Assembly (NCBI GenBank): GCA_964588985.1
Contig: CAZPQW010000007.1
Location: forward strand, 44,219-108,218
DNA length: 64,000 bases
Reading direction: 5' to 3'
Origin: an uncultured Solirubrobacteraceae bacterium
Lineage (GTDB): Bacteria; Actinomycetota; Thermoleophilia; Solirubrobacterales; Solirubrobacteraceae
Of the stretch, positions 38,199-47,428 are shown piece after piece. The notes under the pieces were generated by a model that made no database searches, was not told where the DNA came from, and saw only the letters and a list, made by a program, of their open reading frames with translations. The translations under genes and the position numbers were made by a program. The number at the start of each line of letters is the position of its first letter. Within the stretch, counting starts at the first letter, position 1.

Positions 38199-39216
38199 AT
38201 CCCCAAAGTGTGACGAGATCCCTTTTCAGGTAATCGCCGATGGCAACCACCTCAGGCTTGAAGCGAACACGCAGCTCGGCCATCACGCGCTCGTCCGGCG
38301 GCTGTGGCTTTCCATACACCAGCCGCCGTCGGATTGTGTGAAGGGCGCCGCGGCGCACCTGCTCGGGCGCGACCGCCGTCACCGTTCGCTTGAGCACGCG
38401 CGCGAGCGGCCCGCGCCCCTCGTACAGTGCGCGCACCGTCCTGTCTAGGCGGATCGAGCGCACGCTCACCGTGGGGTTCGCCTCGATCGCCTCCACGGGC
38501 GCCGCGTCGTCGACTTCCAGGAAACGCAGCACGCGACGCACGGTGGCCTCGTTGTCAGTGCGAAAATCGTCGTATATCAACACCAGCACGCGCTCCGGCC
38601 CGAACGTGTCGTGATAGCGACGAACCTGTTCGGCGTAGCGCACGTGGTCTGAGTAGCGACGCATGTGCCGGCCGGCTCGAACCACATCCTCGCCGGCCAG
38701 CGCCTTGCCGAGATCCTTCTCCGTCTCCACGTGGGACTGCACCAGTTCCAGGTGCATCGAGCGCACGAAGGCGGCCGGCTCGCGCAGGATCGCGATTATG
38801 CGCGCGTCCGGGTTGACCGCGGCTATCTCCCCGGCCGCGGCTTGCGAGCGCAGGTAGGACGGAGACGCCTCGCCGGCAAGCTGCTCCGGCTCGGCCTCGG
38901 CGAACAGCGCCAGGTACTCCTCGAGCGTCCCCGGGAGCGTGCCCGCGGCAGGCGGTTCCAGCCGCGCGGGAAGGTCGGTGGCGAAGAACTTCGGCTCCTT
39001 GAGCTTCGGCATGAAGATCTGCGGATGGCGCCTGAGCATCTGGTACAGCGCCGTGGTGCCGCTCTTGTGGTGACCGACGATGAAGAAGTCGGGCACGCGC
39101 CCCGTTCCTGCACTGGACATCTGCGTACCGTGATGGTGCTCGACTGCGACGCTCCCCGCGCCACTCGGACCGTCCGGCCTCCCTACCGAACCCTGCTCCT
39201 CATCCGAGACCGTCAT
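38182..39216 (-). CDS. PAPS-dependent sulfotransferase (copy 4)
   Basis: GHHKSGTTAL, KEPKFF, GEASPSYL, LREP and WGYD. Confidence 0.92.
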   Translation of the reverse strand: MTVSDEEQGSVGRPDGPSGAGSVAVEHHHGTQMSSAGTGRVPDFFIVGHHKSGTTALYQMLRRHPQIFMPKLKEPKFFATDLPARLEPPAAGTLPGTLEEYLALFAEAEPEQLAGEASPSYLRSQAAAGEIAAVNPDARIIAILREPAAFVRSMHLELVQSHVETEKDLGKALAGEDVVRAGRHMRRYSDHVRYAEQVRRYHDTFGPERVLVLIYDDFRTDNEATVRRVLRFLEVDDAAPVEAIEANPTVSVRSIRLDRTVRALYEGRGPLARVLKRTVTAVAPEQVRRGALHTIRRRLVYGKPQPPDERVMAELRVRFKPEVVAIGDYLKRDLVTLWGYDGVN

Positions 39217-40159
39217 ATCCCCAGAGTGTAATCAGATCGCGGTCCAGGTATTTGGCGAGCTCGCGCACCTCGGGCGCGAAGCGCCGGCGCAGGTCTTCCA
39301 TCAGCGCCTCGTCGGGTTGACGCGGCGGCGCGTACACGAGCCGGCGCTGGGCGAGGCCGAGCGCACCGCGACGCAGCGGCCGCGGAGCGAGCGCCTTCAA
39401 CGCGGTCTTGGCGACGCGCGAGACCGGCCCGCGACCGACCGAGACGGAGTGCAGCAGTCCGTCGAGCTGCGGCGAGCGAACCCTCACGGTGGGATTCGCC
39501 TCGAGTGCCTCGATTGGGGCGTCACCCACGTCGAGGAACCTGAGTACCTTTTTCACAGTCGCCTCGTTGTCGGTGCGAAAATCGTCATAGATCAGGACGA
39601 GTACCTGCTCTGGTGAAAATGCGGCGTGGTAGCGACGCAGCTGCTGCGCGTAGCGCACGTGATCGGAGTATTGGAGAACCTGCAGTCTCAGCTGTGAAGA
39701 TCGCGGAATCTCACGGCCTTCCCGCCGGGGCCCCTGCAGCGCGATCGCCTTGGCGAGATCGTTCACCGTCTCGATACGCGACTGCACGAACTGCATGTGG
39801 AGAGAGCGCAGGAAGCTGGCGGGCTCGCGCAGGACCGCGACGATCCGCGCCCGCGGCTGGAGCTCCGCGATCCGAGCGGCCGCCACCTCGGAGGCGAGAT
39901 ACAGCGGCGATGCCTCCCCGGCCATCTGGCCGGGCTGCGCCTGGGCGAACAGCGCCAGGTACTCCTCCATCGTGGCGGGCAGCTGCGTGGAGTCCTCAGG
40001 AGCGGAATGGTTGTACATGTCCTCGGCGAGGAACCGCGGCTCCTTGAGCTCCGGCATGAAGATCTTCGGATGGCGCCTGAGCATCTCGTACAGCGCCGTG
40101 GTGCCGCTCTTGGGGTGCCCCACGACGAAGAAGTCGGGCACGCGCGGGGACTCAGACAC
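39200..40159 (-). CDS. PAPS-dependent sulfotransferase (copy 3)
   Basis: GHPKSGTTAL, KEPRF, GEASP.YL, LREP and WGYD. Confidence 0.92.
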   Translation of the reverse strand: MSESPRVPDFFVVGHPKSGTTALYEMLRRHPKIFMPELKEPRFLAEDMYNHSAPEDSTQLPATMEEYLALFAQAQPGQMAGEASPLYLASEVAAARIAELQPRARIVAVLREPASFLRSLHMQFVQSRIETVNDLAKAIALQGPRREGREIPRSSQLRLQVLQYSDHVRYAQQLRRYHAAFSPEQVLVLIYDDFRTDNEATVKKVLRFLDVGDAPIEALEANPTVRVRSPQLDGLLHSVSVGRGPVSRVAKTALKALAPRPLRRGALGLAQRRLVYAPPRQPDEALMEDLRRRFAPEVRELAKYLDRDLITLWGYDGLG

Positions 40160-41144
40160 CGTCGTACCCCCACAGCATCACCAGGTCGCGATTCAGGTGC
40201 TCGCTCAGAGCGACCACCTCTGGCTTGAAGCGGCGACGCAGCTCGGCCATGTAAGCCTCGTCGGGCTCCTTCGGCAGACCGTAGACCACGTGGCGTCGCG
40301 TGGCCTGGAGCGCACGCCGGCGAGCCTCGCGCGGCATCACGGCCTTCAGCGCGGCCTTGGCGGCCCTGGTCAGCGGACCGCCTCCGACGGACACCATGTG
40401 CACCAGCTCGTCCAGCTGCTGCGAGCGCACGCGCACAGCTGGATTCGCGTCGTGCACCTCAAACGCCAGGGTGTCGTCCACGCCGAGGAAGCGAAGCACC
40501 CTGCGCAGCGTCTGCTCGTTCTCCGCACGGAAGTCCTCGTAGATCAGCACCAGCATCTGCTCGGCCGGGAAGACCGCTTCGTAGCGGCGCAGCTGCTCCA
40601 CGTAGCGCACGTGATCTGAGTACTGCAGCGCCCCGGGCCGGTGCGAGCGACGGGGGATCCGCCGGCCTTCGGCTCTCGCACCCTCCAGCGCGATCGCCTT
40701 GCGCAGATCCTTCTCGGTCTCCACGTGGGAGCGCAGCAGCTGCTGGTGCAGCGAGCGCAGGAAGGCCGCGGGCTCGCGCAGTATCGCCACGATCCGCGCC
40801 TCCGGCTGCACCTGGGCGATCAGGCCGGCCGCGGTGTGCGATGCCAGATACGAGGGAGATGCCTCGCCGGCGAGCTGCTCCGGCGCAGCCGCCTCGAACA
40901 GGTCCAGGTAGCGCTCGAGCGTGTCCGGAAGCGCTCCCGCGCGCGATGGCTTGAAGCGCTGGCGCATGTCGCTGGCGAAGAAGCGGGGCTCCTTGATCGC
41001 CGACATGAAGATCTGTGGGTGGCGCGCGAGCATCTCGTACAGCGCCGTGGTGCCGCACTTGGGATGCCCGACGACGAAGAAGTCCGGAACCCGCCGTGTC
41101 CCGGCGAGCACCGGCGGAAGAGCCGGCTCAGTCGACATCCTCAT
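40152..41144 (-). CDS. PAPS-dependent sulfotransferase (copy 2)
   Basis: GHPKCGTTAL, KEPRFF, GEASPSYL, LREP and WGYD. Start at 41144 or 41138. Confidence 0.92.
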   Translation of the reverse strand: MRMSTEPALPPVLAGTRRVPDFFVVGHPKCGTTALYEMLARHPQIFMSAIKEPRFFASDMRQRFKPSRAGALPDTLERYLDLFEAAAPEQLAGEASPSYLASHTAAGLIAQVQPEARIVAILREPAAFLRSLHQQLLRSHVETEKDLRKAIALEGARAEGRRIPRRSHRPGALQYSDHVRYVEQLRRYEAVFPAEQMLVLIYEDFRAENEQTLRRVLRFLGVDDTLAFEVHDANPAVRVRSQQLDELVHMVSVGGGPLTRAAKAALKAVMPREARRRALQATRRHVVYGLPKEPDEAYMAELRRRFKPEVVALSEHLNRDLVMLWGYDGV

Positions 41145-42090
41145 ACCCCCACAGCGTGAGCAGATCCCGCCCGGTGTACTCGCTGAGCGCCTCCACCTCA
41201 CCCCTGAAGCGCCTGCGCAGCTCGGCCGTCAGGCTCTCGTCCGCCGGCAGCGGCTCGCGGAAGACGACGTGGCGCTGCACCGCCTCGAGCGCGCCGCGAC
41301 GCATCCGGGTCGGCACGACCGCCTTGATCGCGCCCTTGACCTTCAGCGAAGTTGGTCCCCGGCCCACCGCCACCGCGTGCACCGCTTCGTTGAGCAGCTG
41401 CGAGCGCGGGCTCACGGTCGGATTTACTTCGGATACGTGTACGGGGATCGTGTCGTCCACGTCGAGGAAGCGCAGCACCCGGCGCACCGTGGCCTCGTTG
41501 TCGTTGCGGAAGTCGTCGTAGATCAGCACCAGCATCTGCTCGCTCGGGAACACCGCATCAAAGCGGCCCAACTGCTCGACGTAGCGCACGTGGTCGGAAT
41601 ACCGCAGCGCCTGCGGCCAATACGTGTGGCTCGGCAGCTCGCGCCCCTCGCGTCGCACCGGCTCGAGCGCAAGCGCCTTGGCGAGATCGCTCTCGGTCTC
41701 GATGTTGGTCTGCAGGAACTGGAGATGCAGCGAGCGCAGGAGGCTCGCCGGCTCGCGCAGGATCACCACGATGCGAGCGTCCGGCCGCACCGCGGCGATC
41801 CGCTCGGCCGCGGTGTGCGACCACAGGTACAGCACCGAGGCCTCCCCCACGCGTTGATCGGGCCGCGCCTGCGCGAACAGCGCCGCGTACTCCTCGATCG
41901 TCCGCGGCGTGCCGCCCGGCCTCGGAGGCGTGCGCTCGTGCAGCTCCTCGGCGAAGAACCACGGCTCCTTGTTGTCAGGCATGAAGACCTGCGGATGCTC
42001 TCGCAGCATCGTGTACAGGGCCGTCGTACCGCTCTTCGGCTGGCCCGCGATGAAGAAGTCGGGCAGCGACGACGGCGGCTGGGCGGACAT
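41128..42090 (-). CDS. PAPS-dependent sulfotransferase (copy 1)
   Basis: GQPKSGTTAL, KEPWFF, GEAS.LYL, LREP and WGYE. TGATG overlap with the ABC gene. Confidence 0.92.
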   Translation of the reverse strand: MSAQPPSSLPDFFIAGQPKSGTTALYTMLREHPQVFMPDNKEPWFFAEELHERTPPRPGGTPRTIEEYAALFAQARPDQRVGEASVLYLWSHTAAERIAAVRPDARIVVILREPASLLRSLHLQFLQTNIETESDLAKALALEPVRREGRELPSHTYWPQALRYSDHVRYVEQLGRFDAVFPSEQMLVLIYDDFRNDNEATVRRVLRFLDVDDTIPVHVSEVNPTVSPRSQLLNEAVHAVAVGRGPTSLKVKGAIKAVVPTRMRRGALEAVQRHVVFREPLPADESLTAELRRRFRGEVEALSEYTGRDLLTLWGYEDVD

Positions 42091-43907
42091 CACGGCAACG
42101 GGCTCTCGCCGGCGCCGGAGGCGACCAGCGAGGCGGAGCGGTAGTAGTCGTTGCCCTTCTGCAACAGCTCGCGCGTGTCGAACGCCGCCAGGCGCCCGTC
42201 GATGACGACCATCACCCGGTCGCAGATGTCCAGCGTGGACATGCGGTGCGCGATGATGAACAGCGTCAGTTCGTCCTTGAGGGCGCTCAGCGACTCCTGG
42301 ATCAGTCGCTCGGAGTGCGGGTCCAGGGCGCTCGTGGGCTCGTCGAGGATCAGCACCGCCGGGCGGGCGGCGAGCGCGCGGGCGAGGCACAGCCGCTGCT
42401 GCTGCCCGCCTGAAACAGCGTCGGCGCGCGGGCCGACGATCGTGTCATAGCCCTCGGGCCACGCGGTGATGTCGTCGTGGATGCGAGCGAGCCTGGCCGC
42501 GCGCTCGACGTCCTCGGGGCCGACGTCGCGGAAGTACCTGATGTTGTCCGCCACGGAGGCGTGCAGCAGGCGCGGCTCCTGCGGCACGTAGGCCACGAGC
42601 CGGTGCCAGTCCGCGGAGCTGATCTGCCCGGCGCCTTTGCCGTTCACGAGGTAGCGTCCGCCCGTCGGCACGCGCAGCTGCAGCAAGATCTGGATGAGCG
42701 TGGACTTGCCCGCGCCCGAGGGGCCGATCACGCCGATCGTCTCGCCGCCGCGCACCTCGAAGCTCATCTCCTTGAGGACCGGCCGACCCTCCCGGTAGGC
42801 GAAGGACACATCGTCGAAGGCCACCGTCTGGACTCCTTCGACCGGCTCCGAGCCCCAGCTGGGCGCGCTTTCTTCATAGCGCCGGGTGGCTTCCTGCAGG
42901 CGCTCCACGAAGGGCAGCGACTGGCGCAGAGATTGAAACGCTCCCTGGATCTGCTGCCCGTATGTTCCCGCCCGCACCAGCAGCAGCACGACCGCCCCCA
43001 GCGACGCCGCGTGTCCGCTACCGGCGAGCGATATGACCGCGAGCCCGGCGATCAGCAGCACATACATGAGGCTCTGATAGAGATTCGGAGTCAGGCGGCC
43101 GACCAGCTGCGAGCTGAAGAACAGCGCCTTCGATTTCGCCACGAACTCGTCGATGCGCTCACGCTGGGCCTCCTCCACGCCAAAGACGTGCGTCTCCTCG
43201 GCCACGCGGATCGCCTCGCCGATCCCGCCCGCGTATTCCATCTGCGACGCCGACAGCGCGCGGGCGCGCTTCACCCCCATCCGGTTCAGCGGGCGCAGCG
43301 CGGCGAACAACGCAACCGCGGTCACGAGCACGACCCCCGCCGCGAGCGGGTTCTGGTAGAGCGCGGTTCCCATCAGGACCGTGAAGGTGAACAGCGCCGT
43401 GAGCAGCGTCGTGGCCTGGAGCACGCCTCCGGTCGCCTGGATGACCTGGCTCGTCATCGTCTCCTGCAGGTGTCCCTCGCGGTCGCGCGACTGCACCTCC
43501 CAGGAGGCGCGTGTGAACGCATGGAAGAGTTTCGTGCGCAGGCCGGACTGCACTTCGGCCGCGATGCGCGCCGGCAGGACGGAGGCCGGGATCTGCAGAG
43601 CGAGCCGCGCCAGCGCGAACGCACCCGCCACGATGAACAGCGTGCCGAGCGAGTGGTGGCCGCTCAGCGGCCCGAGCCTGACGTCGGTCGTCTTGGCCCC
43701 TTTGGCGATCGTCGTGCCGACCTCCGCCAGGAGGATCAGGATGCTCGCTTCGGCGAGCCCGGAGAGGATCGAGCTGACCCCCAGTCCCACGACCCAGCCG
43801 CGGCGGTGGCCGATCAGCGCCTGCAGACGCTCGCGCGTGGACATCTGTCCGGCCAGCGGCCCCCCCGGCGACGCCCCGCCGGCCGACGGGTCGGCTGGAG
43901 CGCTCAC
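42090..43907 (-). CDS. ABC transporter permease/ATPase (MsbA/PglK-like), candidate lipid-linked oligosaccharide flippase
   Basis: TMD plus GPSGAGKST, SGGQQQR, LILDEPTSALD and IAHR. Confidence 0.88.
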   Translation of the reverse strand: MSAPADPSAGGASPGGPLAGQMSTRERLQALIGHRRGWVVGLGVSSILSGLAEASILILLAEVGTTIAKGAKTTDVRLGPLSGHHSLGTLFIVAGAFALARLALQIPASVLPARIAAEVQSGLRTKLFHAFTRASWEVQSRDREGHLQETMTSQVIQATGGVLQATTLLTALFTFTVLMGTALYQNPLAAGVVLVTAVALFAALRPLNRMGVKRARALSASQMEYAGGIGEAIRVAEETHVFGVEEAQRERIDEFVAKSKALFFSSQLVGRLTPNLYQSLMYVLLIAGLAVISLAGSGHAASLGAVVLLLVRAGTYGQQIQGAFQSLRQSLPFVERLQEATRRYEESAPSWGSEPVEGVQTVAFDDVSFAYREGRPVLKEMSFEVRGGETIGVIGPSGAGKSTLIQILLQLRVPTGGRYLVNGKGAGQISSADWHRLVAYVPQEPRLLHASVADNIRYFRDVGPEDVERAARLARIHDDITAWPEGYDTIVGPRADAVSGGQQQRLCLARALAARPAVLILDEPTSALDPHSERLIQESLSALKDELTLFIIAHRMSTLDICDRVMVVIDGRLAAFDTRELLQKGNDYYRSASLVASGAGESPLP

Positions 43908-45475
43908 GCGCTCACCACTCCTCCGTGCTCGTCCGCGCGGCGGCCGGGCCCAAGGAACCAGTAGGCGGCGGTGCCCATCGCGAACCAGAAGTACGAGCCG
44001 AACGCCGCGCCCGCCGAGACCGGACCGTCGAAGCCCATGAGGATGAACGCGATGAACGGACCGAACATGCCGGCAAGCAGGATGCGCACGTCGATGTTCT
44101 TGACCCGCGGAAGGCCCGCCACGGCCAGTCCGATGACCATCAGCGCAAGCCCGCTCCACAGCACCAGCCCGGGCAGGCCCAGTTCGTCTACGAGGAAGTT
44201 GAACTGCGTCTCCGCGCTGAAGCCGTGGCCTTCGAGCGCGATCTTGCTGCGGCCTCCGAAGGCCGAAGCGGCGCCGGCGGTCCCCAGGCCGAGGCCGAAC
44301 GGCGCGGCGGCGATCACGTGCGGCACCTGGCTGAGACTGACTTCCTTGTAGTTCGTCGAGGTGCCCACCACCTTCGTCGGCGCGATGCTTTCATAGCGCG
44401 AGAAGACGCCGTTGCCCAAGCTCGAGACGAGCACCGCGCCCAGCGGGAGCGCGAGGAGCCCGACCATCGCCAGCGCACCCAGCGGCGCGCTCACGCGCCG
44501 ACCGGCGCTGAGCGAGAGCATCACAAACGCCACCACCGCGATCACCGCCCCGACGGCCGACAATCGCGCCACCGCCGTCGCCACGGCGAGGATAGCGCCG
44601 AGACAGAACGCCAGAGCGATCCAGCGCCGCCGACGCTTCGCGGTGGCGAGCAGCGCGAGCGCCCCGGTCAGCGCGAGCACGCCCATGCCTCCGCCGAAGC
44701 CGGCCTCCGAGCCGAGGCCGGTAGGACGCACGTGGGCCACGCCTTCGCTCACGTACTGGCGGCCGGTGATGCCCCCGGACCCCGGGGCGGAGCCGTGGAC
44801 CACTTCCGCGTAGCCGGGGCCCCAGCTCGCCAGCTGGCTGGGGCTCAAGCGCGTCTGGTAGGTGCTGACGATCCCGTTGGCCAGCGCGATCACCCCGAGG
44901 ATCACGAACAGCTTGCGAAGGCGCGCTCTGGAGCGCATCAGCGCGTAACCGAAGAAGAAGAACGGCACCCACTCGAGCTGCTGCCTGAAGCCGCCGATGA
45001 CCTTGACGATGCCCTGGGTGTTGGGGTTGAACGCCTCCACGACCACGAGCGCCACGAACGCGAAGACCCATCCGGAGAGCGGCGGGAGCCGCACGCGCCG
45101 CCCACTCTCGCGCAGGCGCACGAGCGCCCCGATCGCCACGGCGCCGATCAGGACGTCGCGGACGGCGGACACGGCCTGGTTGTAGACGAGCAGCTTCAGC
45201 GGCCCCTCGATCAAGCCGACATACAGGGCCAGCACGGCCACAGTCACCTCCAGCCGCGCGTAGCTCGCGAGCGCGATCACGGCCGTCAGCCCGAGCATCC
45301 CACCGAGGACCAGCGGGTAGTTCGGCTTCGGCATCGCCACGGTCACGGCCAGCGCGACCGCCAACGCCAGGAGGCCGGCGAGAACGCTGAGCATCAGCTC
45401 CCTGCGTCGGACGCTAAGCCTCGCCGGGTGGGTCCCCCCGAGCGGGCTCGACAGGTGGGGGTATGGCGTGCTCAT
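43904..45475 (-). CDS. Wzy/O-antigen ligase-like polytopic membrane protein
   Basis: About 12 TMs, late loop PFGLGLG....E.GL.GL typical of the Wzy_C family; located next to the wzc-like gene. Confidence 0.7.
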   Translation of the reverse strand: MSTPYPHLSSPLGGTHPARLSVRRRELMLSVLAGLLALAVALAVTVAMPKPNYPLVLGGMLGLTAVIALASYARLEVTVAVLALYVGLIEGPLKLLVYNQAVSAVRDVLIGAVAIGALVRLRESGRRVRLPPLSGWVFAFVALVVVEAFNPNTQGIVKVIGGFRQQLEWVPFFFFGYALMRSRARLRKLFVILGVIALANGIVSTYQTRLSPSQLASWGPGYAEVVHGSAPGSGGITGRQYVSEGVAHVRPTGLGSEAGFGGGMGVLALTGALALLATAKRRRRWIALAFCLGAILAVATAVARLSAVGAVIAVVAFVMLSLSAGRRVSAPLGALAMVGLLALPLGAVLVSSLGNGVFSRYESIAPTKVVGTSTNYKEVSLSQVPHVIAAAPFGLGLGTAGAASAFGGRSKIALEGHGFSAETQFNFLVDELGLPGLVLWSGLALMVIGLAVAGLPRVKNIDVRILLAGMFGPFIAFILMGFDGPVSAGAAFGSYFWFAMGTAAYWFLGPGRRADEHGGVVSA

Positions 45476-47115
45476 CGCCGCAGCGAGCCAAACCGACCCT
45501 TCCCGCCACCCTGCGGCGAGAAGCCGAGCCGGCTGAGTTCCTTCGGAGCTACGTCGTTTGCCACCACGCCCAGCACCGGCGCGCTCGGGGAGCGCTCCAG
45601 CAGCTCCACGAGCCGCTGCGCGGAGGCCTGGCGCGTGTGCCCGACCCGCGCGACGAGCACGATCCCGTCGACGAGGTGAAGCAGCGGCATCGCGTCGCTC
45701 ACCTCCAACGGCGAGGGCACGTCGAGCAGGACCGAGTCGAAGTCCTCCGCCAGCGAGCGCAGGAGCTCCTCGCTCGCGGGCGACGCCAGCAGCGCGGGCG
45801 GGTTGGACGCCGGTCCGCCGGCCACCAGCACGGAAGCCGAGCCGGTGCTGCTGCGCGCCTGCACGAGCGTGCTCACGCCTCCGGCGCCCGCGTCGCTCGA
45901 GCCCGCCGGCGCCTCGGTCTCGGCGGATGCGACCCGCTGCATCGCCGCACCGAACGCCACGCTCCCCGCGAGCACGTCGGCGAGGCCGTTGGAGGCGTTG
46001 ACGTCGAGCAGCTTTGCCAGCACCGGCCGGCGAAGGTCGGCCTCGACCACAGCGACGCGCTCGCCCGAGTCGCGAGCGACGAGCGCAAGACCGGAGACCA
46101 CCGTGGACTTGCCGTCAGCAGCGTCCGGACTGAGCACGAGCAGCACCCCGGGGCGCCTGCCGGCGGAGCGCGCGAGCACGTCGCCGAGCTGCAGCGAGGT
46201 GTGTGCGCGACGCAACGGCTCGAGCAGCGGCCCCGACAGCGTCGGGCGCCCGTCGCGATGGATGATCGGGCGTTTGACCTTCGGCAGAGCGGCCAGGGTC
46301 GAGGTGTGAAACGCCGTCTCGATGTCGGTCAACGAGCGCAGACGGCGATCGAGACGACCGACCGAGTAGGCGGCGATCGAGGCCAGCAGCACGCCGAGGA
46401 CGAACCCGAAGATCGCGTTTTTTTTCGGCATCGGCGAGAGCAGTTCCGCCTTCTTCGCGGGACTGGTCTGCGCGGCGCCCGCGACCGACAGATCCGATTC
46501 GAACTGGCTGATCCGGCTCACGAGCGTCGCGGCCTGCAGCGTGGCGGAGCTGGTGGTTGGGGCCGCTCCTTTGCCGCGAGCGGCGGCTTTCGAGGCGCTC
46601 GTCTCGGCTTCCAGCCTGCGGAGCTGCTTGCGCGTCGAGGCGATCGCCGCGCGGACCTCCTTCTGATACGTGTTCCGTGTTCGTCTGATGTACACCTGCG
46701 CGTAGGTGTTGGCGAGCTTGGCCGCCGCCTTGGCGTTGTGCGCTTCGGCGGTGATGGTCACGAAGTCGGTGCCCGCCGCAGCCTTCGCGTGGGCTTTACC
46801 CTTGAGCGCGGCGCGCGCGTTTTCCTTGCGCAGCAGAGCGTGAACAGCTTCGCTCACCACACTCGAGTTGACGATCGCGGCCTGGTCGTCGATCGCGCGT
46901 TCGTTCAGTTTTCTTTCGCCGGGCGCATTGGACAGCAGCGACTGTTCTTCGGAACCATTCGCAAGGTAGATCTGAGTACTGGACTGGTACAGGCTCGGCT
47001 TTCGCTTGTAGTACGCGTAGGCCAATCCGGCGACGAGGATTCCCACCAGCAGGATCAGCCACTTGCGCCGCCATATGGGAGCGAAAATGGCGCTAGCGTC
47101 GGTCGTCTCGTTCAT
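45472..47115 (-). CDS. Wzc-like polysaccharide co-polymerase/BY-kinase-domain protein
   Basis: Wzz-type N-terminus (IWRRKWLI), Pro-rich motif plus TM2, DGKST, EADLRRP, GLAD.L and LLDVP. Confidence 0.85.
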   Translation of the reverse strand: MNETTDASAIFAPIWRRKWLILLVGILVAGLAYAYYKRKPSLYQSSTQIYLANGSEEQSLLSNAPGERKLNERAIDDQAAIVNSSVVSEAVHALLRKENARAALKGKAHAKAAAGTDFVTITAEAHNAKAAAKLANTYAQVYIRRTRNTYQKEVRAAIASTRKQLRRLEAETSASKAAARGKGAAPTTSSATLQAATLVSRISQFESDLSVAGAAQTSPAKKAELLSPMPKKNAIFGFVLGVLLASIAAYSVGRLDRRLRSLTDIETAFHTSTLAALPKVKRPIIHRDGRPTLSGPLLEPLRRAHTSLQLGDVLARSAGRRPGVLLVLSPDAADGKSTVVSGLALVARDSGERVAVVEADLRRPVLAKLLDVNASNGLADVLAGSVAFGAAMQRVASAETEAPAGSSDAGAGGVSTLVQARSSTGSASVLVAGGPASNPPALLASPASEELLRSLAEDFDSVLLDVPSPLEVSDAMPLLHLVDGIVLVARVGHTRQASAQRLVELLERSPSAPVLGVVANDVAPKELSRLGFSPQGGGKGRFGSLRR

Positions 47116-47284
47116 CGCCTGTAGGATCCATCCACTTGGGCCGGTCGCCCGGCAATTGTAAGGACTGGTGTAATTTGCGCCTAAAGACTAGCGGCCCAGG
47201 GCCCATTTCAGGCACGGATGCTTGCAGCTATGATCGTCTCCAAATGTCAGGCCTAGACTGCGTTTGCGACGTTCCGCGAACGAC

Positions 47285-47388
47285 CTATCGGCCTGGCTCC
47301 AACGCCCTTCGAGAGGGTCTTCCCGCCTGCCCCGCGGCACCTGCAGCGCCGAGAAGAAGCAGTCTAGCGCTATCCAAACGCCGTCGAT
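47285..47388. promoter_or_regulatory. Divergent sigma28-like promoter pair
   Basis: Minus strand TCGAA-N15-GCCGATAG (47285-47312) toward wzc; plus strand TCTAG-N15-GTCGAT (47363-47388) toward the GT gene. Confidence 0.45.
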
Positions 47389-47428
47389 CCGGCGGGCTCG
47401 ACCCTTCCGAGGAGGCGACACGTAGACC

